Assembly: GCA_963663965.2 (NCBI GenBank)
Contig: CAXXFK010000015.1
Coordinates: 235,415-299,414, forward strand
Reading direction: 5' to 3'
Origin: Sedimentisphaerales bacterium
GTDB lineage: Bacteria > Planctomycetota > Phycisphaerae > Sedimentisphaerales > SM23-30
DNA: 64,000 bases
The notes under the pieces were generated by a model that did no database searches, was not told where the DNA came from, and saw only the letters and a program-made list of their open reading frames with translations. The translations under genes were made by a program, and so were the position numbers. Of this stretch, positions 57,533 to 64,000 are shown in pieces (position 1 is the first letter of the stretch; the number at the start of each line of letters is the position of its first letter).

Positions 57533-58324
57533 ATGAAAAAGACAGGTCGTATTTTTATCATTGCTTTAGTCATCATGTGTTTCGCTCTGCTATCCTGTAA
57601 AAAATCGCCAACCAGCGATCCAGCACCACCGCAACCCGATCCTGATCCCACAATTACAGATACCGATACGGTTTCACCAACCCCGGGAAGTGATGATCCA
57701 TCTCCTTCGACACCCGATAGTCCTGATGCAAACGCCGACATGGTGGCGCTTAACATTGAGTTACCCATTGCGGCCTTTAAAGGCACCCCGATACCCATAT
57801 TGGTTGATAATCTCGAACCACCACTTGGCCATGATCGTGAGCCTTTCCTGGCGCCCAAAGGTACCGTTCTGATATCCAGAAACAAGACTGTCCTCTCAGA
57901 AGATCCTATCTTCGGAGAACTGTCCCTGGTTACTGATGGCGACAAAGAGGCCGCCGATGGCTGTTTCGTCTACCTGGGCCCACTCAAACAGGAAATCGTT
58001 ATCGACCTGGAAGCCATGCATGAAATCTACGCGATAATCGTCTGGCACAACCATCAGAAAGCGTTTGTCTATTTTGATGTCATTGCCCAGATTGGTGAAG
58101 ATCTCGACTTCGTCAAATCAACCATCGTATTCAATAACGACATCGATAATTCATCCCAGATGGGTGTAGGGACCGACAAACATTATATCGAAACCGCTGA
58201 AGGAAAATTAATTGATTGTAAAGGCGTCAGGGGCCGCTATGTCAAAATGGTTTCCCGGGGCAACAATGCCAACGATCTCAACCATTACACCGAAGTAGAA
58301 GTATGGGGCAAACCTGTTGAATAA
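57533..58324 (+). CDS. Lipoprotein with P/D/T-rich linker and discoidin-like domain, paralog 2
   Basis: Lipobox LLSC; C-terminal domain highly similar to paralog 1. Confidence 0.8.
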   Translation: MKKTGRIFIIALVIMCFALLSCKKSPTSDPAPPQPDPDPTITDTDTVSPTPGSDDPSPSTPDSPDANADMVALNIELPIAAFKGTPIPILVDNLEPPLGHDREPFLAPKGTVLISRNKTVLSEDPIFGELSLVTDGDKEAADGCFVYLGPLKQEIVIDLEAMHEIYAIIVWHNHQKAFVYFDVIAQIGEDLDFVKSTIVFNNDIDNSSQMGVGTDKHYIETAEGKLIDCKGVRGRYVKMVSRGNNANDLNHYTEVEVWGKPVE

Positions 58325-60947
58325 ACGCAAAACGATTATCTGTGGATTCCTGATTGTCCTGATTCTCGCCGTCGCGGCCGCCCTGCGTATTCCGAAATTG
58401 GCGCTGCGTACCCTGCACACCGATGAAGCAGTCCATGCCTACAAATTCGCCGAACTGCTCGACCATAACGGCTATCGTTATGATCCCTGGGAATATCACG
58501 GTCCTACCCTAAACTATTTTACCCTTCTGCCGGCCAGGCTGGCCGGCCAGACCGATAGCGCCAAAGTAACCGAAACCACCTTGCGCCTGGTTCCGGTCAT
58601 TTTTGGTCTGCTGCTGGTCCTGGCAACCCTACTGCTCTATCAGGAACTCTCCTGGCCGGCAGTACTGATCGCGGCGGCCCTGACGGCCGCATCACCCATC
58701 TTCACCTACTACAGCCGCTATTATATCCAGGAAATGTTATTTGTCTGCTTCGGCTTTTTAATGCTGGCCGCCATTATCAAATTACTGCTGTCCGGCAATA
58801 CCGGTTATGCCATTGTCGCCGGCCTGGCCATGGGCCTGACACACGCCACCAAAGAAACCTGCATTATAACCTGGGCCGCCATCTTTACCGCCTGCCTGTT
58901 TGAAAATCCCAGACGATTCATCCCCCCCAAACGCACCAGCATCCTGCCAATCATACTTTTATTCGCCACTGCCGCCATCGTGTCTATGCTGTTTTTCTCC
59001 TCGTTTGGCAGCAATCCCCATGGCATCTTCGACTCGGTTAAAACCTACCTGACCTATTTTGATCGCGCCGGCCATAGCAATGGCCATCGAAATCCCTGGT
59101 GGTTTTACTGGCAGCGGTTACTCTGGTTCAGAGCTGGCTCCGGCCCCGTCTGGACCGAAGCGTTCATTTTGTTCTTTGCGGCCATCGGCGGCCTGACTGC
59201 CTGCAACCGTAACTGGCTGGACAAACTCAGAATATCGCAACCCGCCGCTCGCATCATCCTTTATTACACCCTGATCATCACCCTGGCCTACACCCTGATC
59301 CCCTACAAAACCCCATGGTGTTTTTTAGGTCCCTGGCAAGGATTCATCCTCTTAGCCGGCCTGGGGCTTGCCCACCTCTGGCACGCCCTCAAATCAACCT
59401 TCAGCCATATATTCATCGGCTTGACCTTTCTGGCCGGACTGGGCCATTTAGGCTGGCAATCCTGTCAGGCCAATTTCAGTTATCCCGACGATCACGCCAA
59501 TCCCTGGGTCTATGCCCATACCCATCCGGATATCACCAAAGTGGTCGATACCCTCAATGACATCGCCAGTCATAATCCGCAAGGATCAAAAGTGACCATT
59601 CAGGCGATCTGTCCGGACCATGATTACTGGCCGCTCCCCTGGTATCTGCGCCGTCTGAATGTTCATTTCTCCGATACGATCCCGAATGATATCTATCAAA
59701 CCCCCATCATCATTGCCTCGCCTCAATTCGAAAAAACACTGATCCAGAAACTCTACGAACTTCCCCCGCCCGGCGAAAAATATATGTATGTCCCTCTTTT
59801 CCACGAATTAATCTGGCTCCGGCCCCAGGTTGAACTGAGAGGGTACATCCGCAAAGAGTTACTCGACAAATATCGCCAGCTAAAAGAACCGCCGCCGGCC
59901 TTACCGGACAGAATCACTGATCCGGCGGAAAACAAAATTCCAAAGAAAGTGGATGCCAAACTACAACCCGATAGCGACAATTACGATAAGTTGCCCCGCT
60001 TCTCTCACGAATCGATGGCAGCCGCTTTTGAGATCGTTGTCGATCACCCTGACCTAAAATTGTGTGAACAGGCGGCCATTCAAGCGTTCGCCAAACTCGA
60101 TGAATTAAACCAGTATCTCAGTCGATATATCCCCAACAGTGACATCAGCAGGATTTGTGCCGCTCCTCCCGGCCAGGAAGTCGTCGTCTCTCCGGACACC
60201 CTGGAATGCCTTCAAATCGCCAAAAAAATGTACGATCTGACCAATGGCGTTTTTGATATCACTGTCGGCGGCCTCAAAGACTGCTGGTTCGATCCCGATA
60301 AAAAACTCAAAACTCCCACTGAAACCGAACTGCAGCAAGCCCGACAGCGTTATGGCATGCAATATGTAAAAATCAATCCGGAAAATTTCACTGTCACGCT
60401 TGAAAAAACCGGTATGAAACTGGATCTGGGCGGTATCGGCAAAGGGTTCGCCGTGGATAAAATGGCTGATATCGTTAGCGATTGGGGCATTGAAAATGCC
60501 CTGATCCATGGCGGCCATAGTTCCATTCGTGTTTTGGGCTGTCCCGCAGGAAAAAAAGGCTGGTTAATCAACCTGCGCCATCCTGTCCGGCTCGATTATT
60601 GTTTGGGACAATTCGTCTTCACTGGACCGGCAATTGGTTCTTCCAGCAACGAACAAGGCCGGCATATCATCAATCCCAGAACCGCTCACCCCGCCCAATC
60701 CCATTTTGCCACCTGGGTCACGGCTCCCAACGCTGCAATGGCTGACGCCCTGTCTACTGGTTTTATGATTCTGACACGCGCTGAAATAGAAAAAATCTGC
60801 CAGACAAACCCTTTGATCAATGCGATGATAATCGAACAGGACACATCCGCCGTCTATTCCTGCGGCGATTGGAATGCGATGGGCCAATGGCTCAATCTGG
60901 ATCCCGGTTTAAAAATCCCTGCCAATATTAATACCTCCCGGCCCTGA
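58317..60947 (+). CDS. Fusion of a GT-C membrane glycosyltransferase (TIGR03663/Agl23-like) and an ApbE-like FAD:protein FMN transferase
   Basis: N-term HTDEAVH, YDP..YHGP, YSRYYIQE, PYKTPW, multi-TM; C-term FDIT, DLGGIGKG, HIINPRT, ADALST. Confidence 0.8.
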   Translation: MNKRKTIICGFLIVLILAVAAALRIPKLALRTLHTDEAVHAYKFAELLDHNGYRYDPWEYHGPTLNYFTLLPARLAGQTDSAKVTETTLRLVPVIFGLLLVLATLLLYQELSWPAVLIAAALTAASPIFTYYSRYYIQEMLFVCFGFLMLAAIIKLLLSGNTGYAIVAGLAMGLTHATKETCIITWAAIFTACLFENPRRFIPPKRTSILPIILLFATAAIVSMLFFSSFGSNPHGIFDSVKTYLTYFDRAGHSNGHRNPWWFYWQRLLWFRAGSGPVWTEAFILFFAAIGGLTACNRNWLDKLRISQPAARIILYYTLIITLAYTLIPYKTPWCFLGPWQGFILLAGLGLAHLWHALKSTFSHIFIGLTFLAGLGHLGWQSCQANFSYPDDHANPWVYAHTHPDITKVVDTLNDIASHNPQGSKVTIQAICPDHDYWPLPWYLRRLNVHFSDTIPNDIYQTPIIIASPQFEKTLIQKLYELPPPGEKYMYVPLFHELIWLRPQVELRGYIRKELLDKYRQLKEPPPALPDRITDPAENKIPKKVDAKLQPDSDNYDKLPRFSHESMAAAFEIVVDHPDLKLCEQAAIQAFAKLDELNQYLSRYIPNSDISRICAAPPGQEVVVSPDTLECLQIAKKMYDLTNGVFDITVGGLKDCWFDPDKKLKTPTETELQQARQRYGMQYVKINPENFTVTLEKTGMKLDLGGIGKGFAVDKMADIVSDWGIENALIHGGHSSIRVLGCPAGKKGWLINLRHPVRLDYCLGQFVFTGPAIGSSSNEQGRHIINPRTAHPAQSHFATWVTAPNAAMADALSTGFMILTRAEIEKICQTNPLINAMIIEQDTSAVYSCGDWNAMGQWLNLDPGLKIPANINTSRP

Positions 60948-61245
60948 ACTTGACATGAGTATTTTAATCCGGTTATGAATTAAGGGGTATATTTGTAACG
61001 ATTATATCGTTTATACTGCTCCATAACATACGATTAGACGGTCATTAGCGCCCTCAGGTATCACCTTAAGTAAAATATTCTTTTCCCGCATAACTTCGAT
61101 TGAATTTGCTTCCGGATTTGTTTATAATCCAATAATCAGTTTATTGGTTTTCCAGAATGTTCGTTATTTTTTGTCAATCCAGGCAAGACAGGCTTTGTGG
61201 TCAGTTTAATATGGAATACCAAAACACTGTATCCAGGAGGTAGAA

Positions 61246-61593
61246 ATGGCTGACATTAAGGACTTTGGCAACTCGTCAGGATTAACTGTTTTCGTACTCA
61301 ATGAACAGGACATGATTGTTCCAGATCTGAATTACCGCCCGGCTACGTGGATGGTTGACAAGGATGGGCATGTTATTTTATACGAAATGGATCCGATGCC
61401 GGGAGAAGCGCTGGTAAAATGTGTCATTCGCCAGGGAATGGCGCCTTCCTACGCCGCTAAAATTCTCAGAAAACTTGCCTTCTTAATCGAAAGAAACGGC
61501 TTGGAACTGCTGAACTTGCCAGTCGGCGCTCTTGGCGATTTCGACAATAATGGCCATCCCGTCGAAGATCCGATTTCCGGGTTCAATAGCTGA
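61246..61593 (+). CDS. Hypothetical protein
   Basis: 115 aa with strong RBS AGGAGG. Confidence 0.6.
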   Translation: MADIKDFGNSSGLTVFVLNEQDMIVPDLNYRPATWMVDKDGHVILYEMDPMPGEALVKCVIRQGMAPSYAAKILRKLAFLIERNGLELLNLPVGALGDFDNNGHPVEDPISGFNS

Positions 61594-61596
61594 TTT

Positions 61597-62400
61597 CTAA
61601 GTTCGGCTCAACTCCCGACTTCTTTCTGCGGCTGCAGCTACAGTGGCTGATATGATCGTCGAAATTTCAGAATTCTCCAACACCGATCGCCCTGCCACGG
61701 TTGTTCCATTGGGCGATGAAACCATCTTGATCAACTCTCGGGGCAGCATATCCCACTTTTGCAATAAATTCGCTGTCCCGGCAATTGTTTGCAAAGTCAA
61801 ATCCCGGGCCACTATTTCTGGCAATCCTTCTTTAATACCGGCCTGAATAAAACAATCGATCAGATAAGCCACAAAGGCCGGACCCGAACCACTCAAACCC
61901 GTTACGGCGTCTATCAACGCTTCGCTGACTTCACAAACAATACCGGCGCCTTCACATAATTGCTTCACCTGATTGATATCTGCTTGCGGAACGTCATCTG
62001 CAACAGCCATTCCGGCAGCCATCTGCCCGGTTAAACAGGGCGTATTCGGCATCAGGCGTATTATTTGAGCCGGCAACACTTTTTTTATGGCGGCGATACG
62101 AATGCCGGCCATAATCGACACGATGGTCTGATCCGGTCGGACACAGTCCGTTAATGGCTCAACCGTCTGCGGGAAGCCCTGTGGTTTGAAGGCCAGAAAC
62201 ACAATCTTGCAGTGGGTAATGACATCTCGATTGGAATCGGTGGTTGCTATACCGATGTCATCTGAAACCTTTTGGCGTGCGCCGGGATCGATGTCACTGC
62301 ATAATATCTGATCGGCGGTGATCTGGCCGCTCGCGACCATGGCGTGCATTAATGCGAAAGCCATTTTACCGCCACCGATGAATCCAACACGGTATTTCAA
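61597..62400 (-). CDS. proC: Pyrroline-5-carboxylate reductase
   Basis: GGGKMA, RLMPN, SGSGPA, SPNGTT. Confidence 0.95.
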   Translation of the reverse strand: MKYRVGFIGGGKMAFALMHAMVASGQITADQILCSDIDPGARQKVSDDIGIATTDSNRDVITHCKIVFLAFKPQGFPQTVEPLTDCVRPDQTIVSIMAGIRIAAIKKVLPAQIIRLMPNTPCLTGQMAAGMAVADDVPQADINQVKQLCEGAGIVCEVSEALIDAVTGLSGSGPAFVAYLIDCFIQAGIKEGLPEIVARDLTLQTIAGTANLLQKWDMLPRELIKMVSSPNGTTVAGRSVLENSEISTIISATVAAAAERSRELSRT

Positions 62401-62434
62401 TTATGGTCTCCCTTCAAGTCAAATCCACCCGCTC

Positions 62435-63523
62435 TTAACGGGGCAGGGTACGCCGTTCATTCTCCAGCGCCATTGTCTTTTCCAGCAACAGATAATCCTT
62501 TCCCTGAAATTTCACCACGGTTCCGCTGATACGAAACCGCAAGGGATACAGCGCGTTGGCGGCAATATTTTCCATCTGCTCCAATTGACGGCACGGCATC
62601 AATACCACTGGCGGCATTTCCAGAAATTTGCTGTCCGAATCGAATAAAAACAGGAATTGTCCGGACTGCACATTCAACTGGATACGCCCTTCCCGATCCA
62701 GAATCACCTGATTGTCTTTCCATTTACGCGCGGTGCCTGCCCCGGGCCCGCTGCGATCCTTTTCCTCTGTCCCGATTGAATTTGCGCCTTCATCGGTTAT
62801 CTCACTGATGAACGGCGGCAATTCCAGAGGCTCCGGCCGGGGTATCTTCAATAACTCCGCCCGTAATGCTTCAGTCATGGCTTCAATCCGCTTCTGCTCA
62901 TCCAGACGCTGCTTTTGTTGATCGCTGGTTCTTTGTTCCGCCTGAATGATCGATTCCAATCCTGTCAACCGGCCGTTATCAGGTATTGATTCTCTGGCGG
63001 CTGGCTCAAACAACTTCTCCGTCGCCACCAGGGACGGCAGAATATAATTGCGTCCCTTGTATTCATAGATAACTCCCCAGATTCGAAAGGTCAAAGTCAG
63101 GTCATCTTTGCGATCGCTGACATAAATCATTGCCATTAACCATTTACATGGCAATACCTCTATCAAAAGATCATATTGGCTTTGCTTGGTTTCTGCCTTG
63201 GCGTTCTGCAGGATTGCCTGATCGATTTTAGTATCCATCAGGGCGCGGATCCCGGAAGTATCGAAAACCAGAAACCAGCGTGGTTCGTTGGGATGCTTGA
63301 TAAATTTCGCCTCCCGGTTAACGATATGATAACGTTCCCGCATGATCATCGTTGGTTTCGCTTCAATACTGGCCAGGATTTCCCGGTCATTGCGGCTTGC
63401 CGTGTTCGCGTTAATGGCCTTATTATCAGATGGATTTTTATTGGGTGTTTGTGCCCGGGCACACACGGACAAAATGACCGCTAACAATATAACGATTGGG
63501 TATTTCAATGGGTTGGATAACAT
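62435..63523 (-). CDS. Hypothetical exported protein with an internally duplicated domain
   Basis: Signal peptide; two repeats of xLPC..L..M...FRI.G....Y/F.G..Y.L. Confidence 0.65.
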   Translation of the reverse strand: MLSNPLKYPIVILLAVILSVCARAQTPNKNPSDNKAINANTASRNDREILASIEAKPTMIMRERYHIVNREAKFIKHPNEPRWFLVFDTSGIRALMDTKIDQAILQNAKAETKQSQYDLLIEVLPCKWLMAMIYVSDRKDDLTLTFRIWGVIYEYKGRNYILPSLVATEKLFEPAARESIPDNGRLTGLESIIQAEQRTSDQQKQRLDEQKRIEAMTEALRAELLKIPRPEPLELPPFISEITDEGANSIGTEEKDRSGPGAGTARKWKDNQVILDREGRIQLNVQSGQFLFLFDSDSKFLEMPPVVLMPCRQLEQMENIAANALYPLRFRISGTVVKFQGKDYLLLEKTMALENERRTLPR

Positions 63524-63538
63524 GGCTTTACCTTGACT

Positions 63539-64000
63539 TTATCTCTGCGGTTCCTTAAAAAAATGATCCAGAGTCGCTATCATCTCGGTTATGGTATCGA
63601 CAAAAATCACACACGCGCCATCGGTTTCCCCGGTTTTTACAATTGTATCGATCACTGGACGCCAGAACGGCCCCAGGCAGATCAAGGGAACCGGATCAAG
63701 TAATTTCTTATTGATCAGTTCCCAGCAGGATGCCAGTTCCAGCAAGGTACCGGTACTTCCAGGCAAAACAATATAAGCATCAGACTCTTCAATTAAGGTA
63801 TTGAGTCTGTCTGGCAGATTGTCTGTTGAAATAGTCTGATCCAGCCATTCATTAGGCTGACTGCTCCAGATCGTACAGGTTACCCCCAGGGTCTGGCCTC
63901 CTGCCTCTCTTGCGCCCTTCGCCGAAGCGGCCATGGTCCCTTGATACCCCCCATTCACTACCATATACCCGGCTTGCCCCAGGGCCTCACCGGTACGATA
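63539..64000 (-). CDS. LOG-family protein, 5' end outside window
   Basis: GGY.GTM.A, LPGSTGTLLE. Confidence 0.85.
   Translation of the reverse strand, partial: YRTGEALGQAGYMVVNGGYQGTMAASAKGAREAGGQTLGVTCTIWSSQPNEWLDQTISTDNLPDRLNTLIEESDAYIVLPGSTGTLLELASCWELINKKLLDPVPLICLGPFWRPVIDTIVKTGETDGACVIFVDTITEMIATLDHFFKEPQR

Noticed and set aside
55562..57945. Long minus-strand ORFs (55562-56107, 56268-56810, 56545-57375, 57511-57945)
   Set aside because: Shadow frames of plus-strand genes with clear signal peptides and domains.

Overview
Two parts. (1) 1-~25,060 is the left arm of a prophage, all on the minus strand, integrated at the 3' end of a tRNA-Gly(CCC). Going leftwards it holds: a tyrosine integrase; a control region with no divergent CI-type repressor; two HTH genes (one excisionase-like); a small RNA cluster (tRNA-Thr, an atypical tRNA-Met, a 146-nt tRNA-shaped RNA with a large insert, and structured spacers); a replication module (SNF2 helicase, RepB-like primase, UvrD-like helicase, VRR-NUC, putative origin); nucleotide-pool enzymes (DUF5664-NDT fusion, frameshifted MazG-like gene); a ParB-like plus GREB1/TAGT-like glycosyltransferase pair; a MoxR AAA+/vWA-like/RarA-collar cassette; terminase, lambda-type portal and the start of a head gene. 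Shared non-coding motifs recur across the prophage: three near-identical promoters, a CACACACCAC leader box and ATGGGGCA palindromes. (2) ~25,250-64,000 is host chromosome: a ROK-regulated hexuronate operon (PPi-Pfk, UxuB-like, HAD, LarA-like epimerase, gnd, uxaC); trpE(G)-trpD-trpF-nadD with a Trp-codon attenuator; a MITE-like hairpin; thpR; pyrK-pyrD; a Gfo/Idh/MocA-TIM-barrel-ThuA/HEAT glycoside cluster followed by a 7-heme cytochrome, an NCS1 permease, duplicated lipoproteins and a GT-C/ApbE fusion; then proC and a LOG-family gene. The gene content suggests a Planctomycetota host (inference). All family calls come from motif recognition by eye; no searches were run.
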